DNA of 64,000 nucleotides from Eledone cirrhosa (taxonomy: Eukaryota): assembly GCA_964016885.1 (NCBI GenBank), contig OZ024760.1, forward strand, positions 20,088,001 to 20,152,000, written 5' to 3'. The notes under the pieces were generated by a model. It saw only the letters and a list, made by a program, of their open reading frames with translations, was not told the origin of the DNA and did no database searches. Both the position numbers and the translations under genes were made by a program. Shown here one piece after another: positions 14,436 to 41,000 of the stretch. Each line of letters begins with the position of its first letter. Within the stretch, counting starts at the first letter, position 1.

Positions 14436-15145
14436 TACATTAGGTAATATAGTCCTAGATACACTATGTCTGATAGCCACTAATACTAACTACTGTACTG
14501 TACATTAGATAATATAGTCCTAGATACACTATGTCTGATAGCCACTAATACTAACTACTGCACTGTATATTAGATAATATAGTCCTAGTTACACTATGTC
14601 TGATAGCCACTAATACTAACTACTGCACTGTACATTAGATAATATAGTCCTAGATACACTATGTCTGATAGCCACTAATATTAACTACTGCACTGTACAT
14701 TAGATAATATAGTCCTAGTTACACTATGTCTGATAGCCACTAATACTAACTATGCACTGTACATTAGATAATATAGTCCTAGTTACACTATGTCTGATAG
14801 CCACTAATACTAACTATGCACTGTACATTTGATAATATAGTCCTAGTTACACTATGTCTGATAGCCACTAATACTAACTACTGCACTGTACATTAGATAA
14901 TATAGTCCTAGTTACACTATGTCTGATAGCCACTAATACTAACTATGCACTGTACATTTGATAATATAGTCCTAGTTACACTATGTCTGATAGCCACTAA
15001 TACTAACTACTGCACTGTACATTAGATAATATAGTCCTAGTTACACTATGTCTGATAGCCACTAATACTAACTATGCACTGTACATTAGATAATATAGTC
15101 CTAGTTACACTATGTCTGATAGCCACTAATATTAACTACTGTACA
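14436..15145. repeat. ~65-bp minisatellite, ~11 copies
   Basis: Unit TACATTAGATAATATAGTCCTAGTTACACTATGTCTGATAGCCACTAATACTAACTACTGCACTG. Confidence 0.95.
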
Positions 15146-15249
15146 TGCAAAATGGGGATATTTAAAGGATGGGGACGTTGTGTGTGATTGCAGCATCGAT
15201 TCCAGACTACACAACACCTGATATGCCTCCTGCACAGCATTGGACTTGG

Positions 15250-15346
15250 CAGAGTTTAATGAGAAAAGACAACAATGTGTTCAGCTGTGGCAGCACCACA
15301 TTTAGCCAAGCTTTGTAACTGACTCTCTTGCGGACATAATAAGAAG

Positions 15347-15380
<34 letters not shown>

Positions 15381-15830
15381 TTTAGTGAGAAAAGACAACA
15401 ATGTGTTCAGCTGTGGTGGAACCATATCTAGCCAAGCTTTGTAACTGACTCTCTTGTGGACATAATAAGAAGATATATATATATAGAGAGAGAGAGAGTT
15501 TAGTGAGAAAAGACAACAATGTGTTCAGCTGTGGTGGAACCATATCTAGCCAAGCTTTGTAACTGACTCTCTTGCAGACATAATAAGAAGATATATATAT
15601 ATATAGAGAGAGAGAGAGTTTAGTGAGAAAGGACAGCAATGTGTTCAGCTGTGGTGGAACCACATCTAGCCAAGCTTTGTAACTGACTCTCTTGCGGACA
15701 TAATAAGAAGATATATATATATATAGAGAGAGAGAGAGTTTAGTGAGAAAGGACAGCAATGTGTTCAGCTGTGGTGGAACCACATCTAGCCAAGCTTTGT
15801 AACTGACACTCTTGTGGACATAATAAGAAG

Positions 15831-15862
<32 letters not shown>

Positions 15863-15955
15863 TTTAGTGAGAAAGGACAGCAATGTGTTCAGCTGTGGTG
15901 GAACCACATCTAGCCAAGCTTTGTAACTGACACTCTTGTGAACACGACAAGAAGA
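15250..15955. repeat. ~120-bp tandem repeat with embedded (TA)n(GA)n, ~6 copies
   Basis: Core GACAGCAATGTGTTCAGCTGTGGTGGAACCACATCTAGCCAAGCTTTGTAACTGAC; a related copy lies at 14260-14430. Confidence 0.9.
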
Positions 15956-16629
15956 ACTCAGTTCAAACAAAATACATACTAGGGTTGTTGTGATTGACTA
16001 AATGAGGTTCGTGCACCAGCTTGGGTACAGTTGTCTGACCGAAACAAGTTAAATGAATAAAATAATATACACATATATATAAATACACATGAAAAGCAGA
16101 GCACTCCTCCATGTCTATTTTGCACTTGATTTGGCAATTTCAGGGGAGTTATTTGTTCCAGCATGTAATTGACCCCAGTTACACCGAAATTAATACATAT
16201 GTCTCATCTAGATTGCATGTTCTCAGAGAACACCACTTTCATGTCCTTCTACTGGGTCAACCAACCACTGATAATAGATACATCACCCCACCATACAACA
16301 CACTACCATCTACCTCCTATTATATATATATATAGGAAAAAGTATGACCCTGACGGCAGAGCTCAAGCCGTTTCGACGGCTATTTCTAGACATCGAAACG
16401 GCTTGAGCTCTGCTGTCGGGGTCATACTTTTTCCTACTACCCTAAGTATTGAGGAATTCTGATGCGTTATGGTCTATCTGGTTCCTTACCATAATTCCTT
16501 GGTTATATATATATGTATATGTGTGTGTTTTTCAATGAGTATATATATATATAAATGTATATATATATATATATATATACATAGATATACATACATATAT
16601 ATATACATACATGCATATATATACATACA

Positions 16630-16669
<40 letters not shown>

Positions 16670-17721
16670 CATCTACACACATATATTATCTATTCTACAG
16701 TCATATATACACACACACACACACATATATATATATAGTTAAACTCTATCTATGACACAGTTTTTAAGACCGCACCTTGTCTTGAACAATTTTTTATATA
16801 ATATAACAGTATTTAGTAAACAGTCCTGTTTTAATTGTAAATAACTCATTATTAGGGGGGAGCGGGGATGAAGCGGGGAGGGGTTCAAGAAAGACTCAAT
16901 TATTAACAAGCAATTTAAAGTTTCTGTTGATGAATCTTTTCGTAGACTCTATGTACTGAAAGACCTTGTTTATGATTGGTAGATCCATGACAATATATGG
17001 TACCTCCAATCCTGGTAGGTACCCTACATTGTCAAAGATATATCACCAATTTTATTCAAATTAACTTACTTGTATTTGAGGCATTGTTCAACCAGGGTGG
17101 GTTGAGCCGATTCCATCGAAAGAATTCAATATGTAAGTTCATTTCAATGGAGTTTCTTTGGGTTTCACAAGTGGTGCCCAACCACAAGTATATACACTTT
17201 AGGATAGTGCAATGCAAGCATTGCATCGGTTATAGCGATGAGCTCTTGCTTTCATACCCAGTTCCGAGACAAACATGCATGGGAGGAAGTTTGGCTGGCA
17301 GAGGTTGATAAACACAACCTATTTAAGCCCTTTTGTAGACCAGCAGCAGATCACCCCACTGCCAAGCTCAGGCATCTCAACACTCTGCATTGGAGGAAGT
17401 TTGGCCGACAGAGGTTGATAAACACAACCTATTTGAGCACTTTTGTAGACCACCCCACTGCCAATCTTGGTACCAGGCATGGGAGGGAGTTTGGCTGATA
17501 GAGGTTGATAAATGCAATTCTTCTCTTTTGTTTTTTAATCTTTTACTGGTTCCAGTCTTTAGATTGTGGCCATGTAATCAGCCAGAATCTCAATTTGCAG
17601 ACTATTAACCCTTTCGTTGCCATATTTCTAATGAAAGATACAACTTAGGTAGACAATAATTTTGAGGAATTTAGAAATATTACTAACTTTCTCATCATTG
17701 ATCACGATTTTGTTGAATAAC

Positions 17722-18452
17722 TTAACCCTTCGGCATTTAAACAGGCCAGAATCTCTCACCTCTCTCAAACTGATTGCTCATACTGATGTTAGGGTATTGT
17801 TCTCAAAATCTCATTGATTCCATGTTATCTGAGATACACCCTTTACCATGAAAATACAATAGTAAATATAGAATAATGTAAATATTAACAGTTAAACTAG
17901 CCGTATTTGGCCAGAATTCTCTCACTTCTTTCTATTCCGACCGGACGTAACTGGCTGCTCATACTGATGTTAAGGTATTGTTCTCAAAATATATAATATT
18001 AAAATCTCATAGATTCCATATTATGTGAGGTAAAGTCTTTACCATGAAAATACAATAGTATATATAGAGTAATGTAAATGTTATGTGAGGTAAAGCCTTT
18101 ACCATGAAAATACAATAGTATATATAGAGTAATGTAAATGTTATGTGAGGTAAAGCCTTTACCATGAAAATACAATAGTATATATAGAGTAATGTAAATG
18201 TTATGTGAGGTAAAGCCTTTACCATGAAAATACAATAGTATATATAGAGTAATGTAAATATTATGTGAGGTAAAGCCTTTACCATGAAAATACAATAGTA
18301 TATATAGAGTAATGTAAATGTTATGTGAGGTAAAGCCTTTACCATGAAAATACAATAGTATATATAGAGTAATGTAAATATTATGTGAGGTAAAGCCTTT
18401 ACCATGAAAATACAATAGTATATATAGAGTAATGTAAATGCTAAAGAGTTAA
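17722..18452 (+). mobile_element. TTAA-flanked MITE copies with internal 60-bp tandem amplification (~7 copies)
   Basis: TTAACCCTT..GCATTTA ... TAAATGCTAAAG.GTTAA ends; 60-bp unit at 18021-18440. Confidence 0.75.
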
Positions 18453-18778
18453 CAACTGCTTTTCCTAATGGCTAGAATATATGCAGCTCACGAAGCCTGC
18501 AAAATCTTCCACGACAATGTTATTCATTCTCTAAGACTTCAGATATTTTTGAAAGCAAAGCATTGGCCCCTGAAATACAACCGTGGGCCCAGCGGGGGGG
18601 ATCCAATTGCCATCGGGCTACCTGACGACCTAAACAGTCTGCCACTGTATATATATATAAACAATGAGTTATATGGTTTGTTAATTTTACAGATTAGAAG
18701 CACTCTACAGTATTTATCTGGTGTATCAATAATATTAAGAATATCAATAAATGGAAAATATCTTTATAAAACCATATT

Positions 18779-18839
18779 TATTTTATTATACATATTTCAA
18801 GGGTACTAATATTTCAGTACGCTTTCGTCAGATAAAATA
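18779..18839 (-). ncRNA. Type I hammerhead ribozyme motif (family A)
   Basis: Minus strand: TATTTTAT-CTGACGA-AAGCGTACT-gaaatatt-AGTACCCTT-GAAA-TATGTATA^ATAAAATA. Confidence 0.85.
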
Positions 18840-19219
18840 TATTTGGTGTTAAGATATTGACATACCTTCATGTGAACTTAATGGTATAAACCCAATGAAG
18901 ATATATATATATATATTTAATTATGTGTGTGTGTATATATATATAGAGAGAGAACTGTTTCATTCTAAAAAAAATCATCAGGAATTAAACAGTTCTAGTC
19001 CTGTAGAAGCCATTTATATACATACATATATATATTTTTTTTTATTAAAGTTTAAGCAAAGAATCGCTGCTTTCACCTTTAACAGGATCTTCTGAAACTT
19101 TAATCTGTTATTTTAATAAATATTTGTTCTAGGGTTCTTATATATTTATCCTTATTGAGCCCTCTTAGGATTTTAGTCTTCATATTTATTATTATTACTA
19201 TATATATATGTATATGTAT

Positions 19220-19505
19220 TATCATCATTTTTCGTCCACTTTTCCCTGCTTGCAAGGGTGGGACGGGAACTGATTCTGGGTTGATTTCTACAGCTGGATG
19301 CCCTTCCTAACACCAACCTCATTTACAGTGAGTGCTGGGTGCTTTTTTGCCGTGGCACCTCCACGACCACTTTGCAGTGGAATGATAGGGACCCCAGTCC
19401 CTATCATCTCATTTCTACAGCTGAGTAAACGGGAGCAATGTGAAATAAAGTGTCTTGCTCAAGGAAACAACACATCACCCGGTCTGAGAATTGAACTCAC
19501 AACCT
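19220..19505 (-). mobile_element. tRNA-derived SINE family 1 (5'-truncated)
   Basis: Near-identical to the copies at 25028, 28879, 46278, 48882, 54521 and 57943. Confidence 0.85.
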
Positions 19506-19571
19506 ATATATATATATAGATATATATATACGATATTAAATAAATGGAAACTATATTTATAAAACCATATT

Positions 19572-19636
19572 TATTTCATTATATATATTTCAGGGATATC
19601 ATATTAACAATATGTTTGCCTTCTTCAGACAAAATA
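19572..19636 (-). ncRNA. Type I hammerhead motif (family A), left arm of palindrome
   Basis: Near-exact reverse complement of 19836-19901. Confidence 0.7.
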
Positions 19637-19835
19637 CAATATAGACAGTTTTATAAATAAATAAATAGATTTGACATACCTTTCAACATCGACTTGCATT
19701 TGAAAAGTTGATTTGGCAGTGAAAAGCTTTTTTCAGTGAAAAGCTTTTTTCACTGCCAAATCAACTTTTCAAATGCAAGTCGATGTTGAAAGGTATGTCA
19801 AATCTATTTATTTATTTATAAAACTGTCTATATTG

Positions 19836-19901
19836 TATTTTGTCTGAAGAAGGCATAACATATTGTTAATATGATATCCCTGAAATATATATAATGAAAT
19901 A
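19836..19901 (+). ncRNA. Type I hammerhead motif (family A), right arm of palindrome
   Basis: TATTTTGT-CTGAAGA-AGGCATAACATA...TATGATATCCCT-GAAA-TATATATA^ATGAAATA. Confidence 0.75.
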
Positions 19902-20028
19902 AATATGGTTTTATAAATATAGTTTCCATTTATTTAATATCGTAAATATACTCCAAATACTTTTTGAGTGCTTTTATATCAGTTATAAATATTTACTCGT
20001 TGTAACCCAACAATTTAAATATAACTTT

Positions 20029-20088
<60 letters not shown>

Positions 20089-20248
20089 GAAAATATATGT
20101 ATATAAATTAGGAGACACAAAGCAGGCTTTATTTAGAAAGTATGTATGCATATATATCAATATATACCATATAACACTGAAATACACACACAGATATATA
20201 TACACACACACAGATATATATACACACACACATCCATATATATATATA

Positions 20249-20284
20249 TATAAAGGTTACTGTTTGAGTGGTACTAGTTCAGTT
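20249..20284 (+). promoter_or_regulatory. Candidate TATA box + initiator of the astacin gene
   Basis: TATAAA at 20249-20254 and TCAGTT at 20279-20284 (about 32 nt spacing), about 90 nt before the ATG at 20373. Confidence 0.55.
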
Positions 20285-20372
20285 GGTGTTTTGTCGTTGT
20301 AGTAGTCATATCAGTATTAGTAGCAGTGGTAGTTAATAGTCATTATAATTGTTCAGTATTTGACTGAAGACA

Positions 20373-33986
<13,614 letters not shown>

Positions 33987-34491
33987 TAGGTAAGTGAGAG
34001 CTGTTTTTATTTTACATCAAATACACTCTTGTATACATGTGTCTTTATGTGTATGTATGTGTGTGTGTGGATGTGTGCCTCTGTGTGTGAGTGCATGTGT
34101 GCGTGGGTGTGGGTGTGCATGCATGTGTGGGTGAGTGAGTGAGTATGTGGGTGTGTGTGAGAGTGAGTATGTGTGAGTCAGTAAATGTGTGTGTCAGTAA
34201 ATGTGAGAGAGAGAGAGTGCAGAAATTGTCACAGTTGTTAGAACATCAGAATGCTTTGAGGTATTCGTTCCAGCTCTCTGAGTTCAAATCCCACCAAGGT
34301 CAACTTCATTCTTTCAAGGTCAATAAAAAAGACCTGGAGAGGGATGGGCTCCATCAGGCTTAACATTCCCAAGAATGTCAATATGGTATCCCTATGACTA
34401 TCAGGAGTTAGGGGACCATGCAGACATACATGCCATTTTAAAATGCTGGATCGTGCAACAGAAAAATAAATCTTTCTGCTGGTATGATGTG

Positions 34492-35498
34492 AGTAGTAGT
34501 ATTAGCAGTAGTAGTAGTATTAACATCAGCAGTAGTAGTAGTATTAGTAACAGTATTAGCAACAGCAGTAACAGTATTAGCAACAACAGTAGTAGTAATA
34601 GTAACAGCAGTAGTAGTATTAACATCAGCAGTAGTATTAGCAACAGCAGTAACAGTATTAGCAACAGCAGTAGTAGTAGTATTAGCAACAGCAGTAACAG
34701 TATTAGCAACACCAGTAGTAGTATTAGCAACAGCAGTAACAGTATTAGCAACAGCAGTAGTAGTATTAGCAACAGCAGTAACAGTATTAGCAACACCAGT
34801 AGTAGTATTAGCAACAGCAGTAACAGTATTAGCAACAGCAGTAGTAGTATTAGTATTAGCAACAGCAGTAACAGTATTAGCAACACCAGTAGTAGTATTA
34901 GTATTAGCAACAGCAGTAACAGTATTAGCAACACCAGTAGTAGTATTAGCAACAGCAGTAACAGTATTAGCAACAGCAGTAGTAGTATTAGTATTAGCAA
35001 CAGCAGTAACAGTATTAGCAACACCAGTAGTAGTATTAGCAACAGCAGTAACAGTATTAGCAACAGCAGTAGTAGTATTAGTATTAGCAACAGCAGTAAC
35101 AGTATTAGCAACACCAGTAGTAGTATTAGCAACAGCAGTAACAGTATTAGCAACAGCAGTAGTAGTATTAGTATTAGCAACAGCAGTAACAGTATTAGCA
35201 ACACCAGTAGTAGTATTAGCAACAGCAGTAACAGTATTAGCAACAGCAGTAGTAGTATTAGTATTAGCAACAGCAGTAACAGTATTAGCAACACCAGTAG
35301 TAGTATTAGCAACAGCAGTAACAGTATTAGCAACAGCAGTAGTAGTATTAGTATTAGCAACAGCAGTAACAGTATTAGCAACACCAGTAGTAGTATTAGC
35401 AACAGCAGTAACAGTATTAGCAACACCAGTAGTAGTATTAGCAACAGCAGTAACAGTATTAGCAACAGCAGTAGTAGTATTAGCAACAGCAGCAGCAG
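34492..35498. repeat. Compound trinucleotide (AGT/AGC/AAC/ATT) satellite with ~90-bp higher-order period
   Basis: Alternating 42- and 48-bp units; lies in the predicted 3' UTR intron of the astacin gene. Confidence 0.95.
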
Positions 35499-35545
35499 TT
35501 TTCTATGTTATTTTTATTAACTATCTTTCTTTTTATATATTGCAG

Positions 35546-35670
35546 ATGTAAGAAATTCAAGAATAATTTGAAACTTAATGGTGGTTCTTCCTTGGAACTT
35601 TAAACCAACATTTATATTCATATTTTTGTTACATTTAAATAATAATAAAAATAACACCACTACTAATATT
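35546..35670 (+). other. Probable 3' UTR terminal exon of the astacin gene
   Basis: Donor GTAAGT at 33990, 3 nt after the stop. Pyrimidine tract + TTGCAG acceptor ending 35545. AATAAA at 35644-35649. Confidence 0.5.
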
Positions 35671-36636
35671 TGAAGGGAAAGGGAAAGTTGATTAAATCAA
35701 CCCCCAGTGTATTACTGGTACTTTTACAACAATAATTATTAGTGTCAATTATAACTGATTCTACATTTAGCACACGACCTGCAATTTGAAGGGAAGTCAA
35801 TTAAATCGACCCAATGCATTACTGGTACTTTTACAATACTACTACTAACAATAGATTCTGCTTTGGGCACAAGGCCTGCAATTTGAAGAGAAGAGGAAAG
35901 TCAATTAAATTGACTCCAGTGTATTACTGGTGCTTTAATAATGATAATGATTACCTATCTTGAATAAATTGATTTCATCATTTAATTGAGTTTTTCTTGG
36001 TTCATTATGCTATTGATTTGGATAGTATCAATAATGCCACAAGGTGGTGGAGTGGTTAGAATGATGGATAAAACACTTTGAGAAGACTAAATTTGACCAT
36101 ATGAGAGGTCTAAAGACTGCCTCAAGCCAAGAGTCTCGTTAGACCGGTGCTTATCCCGGTTTCATGGGATGAAGTGAATCAGAGTACAAGACCTCTCCCT
36201 GGACAGGACACTAGTCCATCACAAAGTTAAACCCCCAGCTATTGCTGGTACTCATTTTCAGCTGAGTATACTGGAGCAACATGAAACAAAGAATTTTGAT
36301 AAAGAAAACACTTAACCCAGTCCAGAAATCGACCCCACAACATTATGATCATAAGTCCAACACTCTTACCACTAGGGCACATGCCTCGACAATATGAGAG
36401 GTGAGTAGATATTTAAATGTCCAGCAGGTCCTGTCAGAAGCAACCATCACCTACTGATCTAGCTGGATCCCAAAACAAGACTAGCCAAGCTCATGGATGT
36501 TATCCAACCATCTTTCTCAGGGTCTACCCCTGGGTCTCCTGCCTACGACTCACATTTTCAAATTTCAAACACTCACAGTACTTTGATAATCCTAATATTT
36601 ATATATTCTGATTTAAAATCTTATAAGCCTGTTGAT

Positions 36637-37148
36637 TTAACGCTTTAGCATTTACATTACTCTATATATACTATTGTATTTTCACAGTAAAGGCTTTACC
36701 TCACATAATATCTCACATAACATTTACATTACTCTATATATACTATTGTATTTTCACAGTAAAGGCTTTACCTCACATAATATCTCACATAACATTTACA
36801 TTACTCTATATATACTATTGTATTTTCACAGTAAAGGCTTTACCTCACATAATATCTCACATAACATTTACATTACTCTATATATACTATTGTATTTTCA
36901 CAGTAAAGGCTTTACCTCACATAATATCTCACATAACATTTACATTACTCTATATATACTATTGTATTTTCACAGTAAAGGCTTTACCTCACATAATTTC
37001 ACATAACATTGAATCTGAGACTTTGATGTCATTTATTTTGAGAACAATACCTTAACATAAGTATGAGGGGCTGGTTATGGCCAGTTTGAACAGAAAGAGA
37101 TGAGAGAATTCTGGCCGGATACGGCCGGTTTAAATGTTAAAGGGTTAA
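36637..37148 (-). mobile_element. Same TTAA MITE with internal 72-bp tandem amplification (5 copies)
   Basis: TIR-like ends at both sides; 72-bp period from 36649. Confidence 0.8.
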
Positions 37149-38047
37149 GGAAGAGTCCTTTCTTTACTTTTCTCTTTCAATGTCAACAATTAGGTTCTAT
37201 AATTCTTTGGCTACATTTTGGCCATGCTTGAGCACTATTTTCATGTCCATCTTGATCAGGTTATTTCAATTAAGAAAAAAAAAAAAAAAAAAAAAAAAAG
37301 GGTACAACAGAAGTCTCCACTGCCAAGGCTACAACCACAAATCTGTCGGAGAGCGACCGGTATTTGAAGAGTTTGGCATCCTCAGCCCGACGTGCAGCGA
37401 AACCTGGGTTAGTTGTAGACTGCACCAGGAGAAAGTATGTGATTTAAATGGATTGTGTTTGTGTAGTATGTTTGAATAAAATCTATGCTTTTTTTTTTTT
37501 TTTTTATTTAAAATTTCAAAGCAATTAAAAAATTTTATGATCATTGGTCAACCGAGATTGTTAAAAACTCATGAACTTTTAATATTTCGAGGTGATTAGA
37601 AAAAAATTGCTTTATTGGGCAAACAAGATTGTTAAATTGTTAAAAACCCATGAATTTTCATTTAATATTTTGAGGTAATTAAAAAAAAATATTCTTCATT
37701 GGTCAACTGGGAATGTTAAAAACCTATAAATTTTTATTCAATATTTTGTGGTGATTAGAAAAATTGTGCATTGGTCAAACAAAATTGTTAAAAAACCCAT
37801 GAATTTTTATTTAATATTTCGAGGTAAGTTAAAAAAATATTGTTCATTGGTGAACTGAGATTATTAAAATCTTTAAAAACTTCAAAACAACAAAAACATT
37901 TTTTTTTTTTTTAGATAATGATATTCTGCATTTCATTATAGGCACTGCTATATAAACATAACTTTAACATAATGACAGTGCCCCAGCATGACCTCATCCT
38001 GTCGACTGGAACCCGTAAATTGAGTAATAGAATAGATTGAAATACTG

Positions 38048-41000
38048 TCAAACCTTGATATCCAACTTGGCTGTGGCGAAAGGTCTTTGATTTTCAGATA
38101 TAAACTCCTGGTAAGAATTTCTAAGAATGTTACAGACTGGTTTATATGTATGTATAAGACTTAGTTTGGAATATTTAAATTTGAATAATGGTGGAGGGGA
38201 AGGCATTTGAACCCATTCCTTTTCCATTAAGTCATAAGTAAATAATGTGGATACATAAGGCCCCTTAAAGTCTATCAAACATAATGTTGACTCTTTGACT
38301 GCAGTGACCTGACCTGTATGCATAAACTCATGTTCGTCATATCTTAGAGGTAACGCTTCTAGAGATGGTGGAACAATCTGGAGGTTTATTATCTTTATTA
38401 AGCCATATTTGGTAAAATCAATCTGATGAACTCTTCTGTTATGAACTTTACTTGAGACAAGCGGTTTCTTGTCCATAATGAAATGCATCTTCCGATTGAC
38501 TATGAAGAAATCGTTGCCGAGAAAAGTGTTTGAATTCAGAGTAACTGATCTAACAACAGTCAAAAGTTTCAAATCAATGAGAAAAATGTGTGATATTATA
38601 TAAGGTTTGTGTTTTGTTGCATTAATAATAACATAGAGGAAGTTATTAACAGTGCTGTAGGTGTACAAATGTGTGTAGTGCTGTAAGTTATACAATGGAT
38701 ATTGAACGATTAACTGCCACAATTTGAGTCTATGTTTGTAAACGAAAATAATAAATTTAGGTTTTTCAATTACCTTAACTATAACTACAACATGCAGCAG
38801 TCCTTTTGAGATGAAATAGCTGTTTACTGTAGGTAGCAGAAGAACAGTGAACTTTAAATTATTAACGGCTTTTAAAATACATGGGGTGTGGAAAGATTCT
38901 CGGGTGATCAAATTAAATAAATTAGCACTGCTGCCTTTTGTTACCCTGACTAGAAGGTCTCCTGAAATAATACCCAATATTTTCCCTCTGAAGAAAGACA
39001 GATTACATATGGCCCACACTCTCGTCTCCATGCTGAAAAAAGCTGCTATGCCTTTAAATTTATCAACTAACACAATACTCATATATTGCACTGAACCTTT
39101 TTTACGTTGTATGTGGGTTGGGTTTGGGCGAAGGTGACAGTTGGTACATAAAAATAAATTAGATTGTTGTCTCATAGTCAACGCATATCTTGCAATAGAC
39201 TCAGAGACATTGAAATCTTGAAGTAAATCTAAGCCGTCAGAAAGACGAGATTCAAAGTCACCGAGAATCCAAGTGATTATAAAATTTGAGAGTACATAAG
39301 GTTCAAATTCTATTGGTTTCGATACCAATATAATGTGTCTGACAAACCATGTGGGCAACATGGTTATTATGTTATATTGATCAACGATAAATGGGATTGA
39401 TTCCCAGAAAAGATACTGGCAGACTAAAGCCAATTTTTGTAGTGAACACATTGATGCTATTAGCCATGTATATAAGCAGTTTGTGACACAGAGACGCTTC
39501 AACAGAAATTGACAGCAGTGGTTTTCTAAATCTTTTATATAATATTGAACAGCAATATTAAGCAGGTCTTTGATATTATGATCTGTTAAATAAATTGGCA
39601 AACCATGCAAGGAATCGACAAACATTTCCAAGGTTCGAAAGGAGCAAAATAATCCATGTAAATCAACACGCCGTTCTTTATTTTCTTTACAGTCATGATA
39701 AAACATAGCTTCGAAAACAGGACTGGAAACGGTCAAAACTAAGGAACTAATTCTAATGCTGTTGTTTGAAAGTTCCAAATAAATGTCTTTGTAATTTTCT
39801 TTTTGTCTTCCATGAAGCAATAACGACCTCCATTTGGTACCACTTAAATATAAATAAATAATAAAATTAATAAATAATAAAATAAATAAATAAATAAATA
39901 AAATAAATAAATAAAATAAAAATTATAGAAACACATTAACAGTATATATGACATAATAGGTTGGTGGATTGATTTATATAATTTGATATGCTTCCTCTGT
40001 GAAAATTATAAAGGTGCATTTTATCATGATACAAGCTCTACCACTTTACAGAGTGTACTGGGTGCATTTTATTGTGACACCAGGACTACCACTTTTTACA
40101 GAATATAGTAGATACAATTTATTATGACATAAGCACCACCACTTTTTACAGTGTACCAAGTACATAGGTGGATTGCCATTATTGGCAGAGGGTCGGACGC
40201 CATGCTTTACAGCATAGAGTTACGGCCCTTTATGATCCGAGTTCAAATCCTGCCGAGGTTAACTTTGCCTTTCATCCTTACGGGTTTGATAAAATAAAGT
40301 ACCAGTCACGCACTGAGGTCAAATTTAATCGACTTTCCCCTCCCCCAAAATTGCTGGCCTTGTGCCTATATAAGAAACAATTATATATCACACAATCTCT
40401 GGTCCCAAATAATAGGGGGGAGGGATACGGTGGGGGTGGACGGTGTTTTTTTTTCACGTTGTCTTCATTTTTAAAAAACCAGAACTAGTCGTTTAGTTTA
40501 CATATTGAAACACCCCACCCCCCTCCAACCCATCCTATTTTATAACATGCTATTTCTAGTAATGTGTTTTATTGTCATGTATCATGTTTTTTAATGTCTA
40601 AAGAAAATATTTCGCCAGAGATAGATTAGCAAAATAAGCGGGGGTGGGGGCTGAAAAATTAATAAGCGAGGGTGGGGGCTGAAAAATGAATAAGCGAGGG
40701 GGAGTGGGGGTGACAGTTACTCAAGACCCGAGAGTGGGAGACAATCAACTAAAATATCTAGAATGGATCTATATCAATAGGAGGAGGAAGAAGGGGAATA
40801 ATAATAAAAAGAAAAAGAGGGGAAAAGAAAAAGAAAACCCATTATATACGACAAAAAAAGAACATTACAAGAAATCCTATATTTACGACCCTATACTGTA
40901 CAATTCCCACCCCCTATTCCGTTTATTCCAAACCCACCAGTGAGAGTGGGCCACGATGACCCTTTTTTATTTTTATCTTGTAGGCTTATTTAGATTTTTT

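Larger units (their letters stand above)
19529..20030. mobile_element. Non-autonomous Penelope-derived terminal-repeat element with ~200-bp fold-back arms, in (TA)n
   Basis: 19529-19944 is a near-perfect inverted repeat, followed by an ~85-nt tail (TTGAGTGCTTTT motif) and (TA)n. Arms resemble 57780-57910. Confidence 0.75.

Noticed and set aside
14230-15970. Minus-strand peptide SYKAWLDVVPPQLNTLLSFL repeated several times
   Set aside because: Part of a tandemly amplified non-coding repeat downstream of a SINE-like head, with no consistent splice sites.
34375-35520. 381-aa Ser/Asn/Ile ORF and antisense 361-aa poly-Leu ORF
   Set aside because: By-products of a stop-free trinucleotide satellite in a predicted UTR intron.
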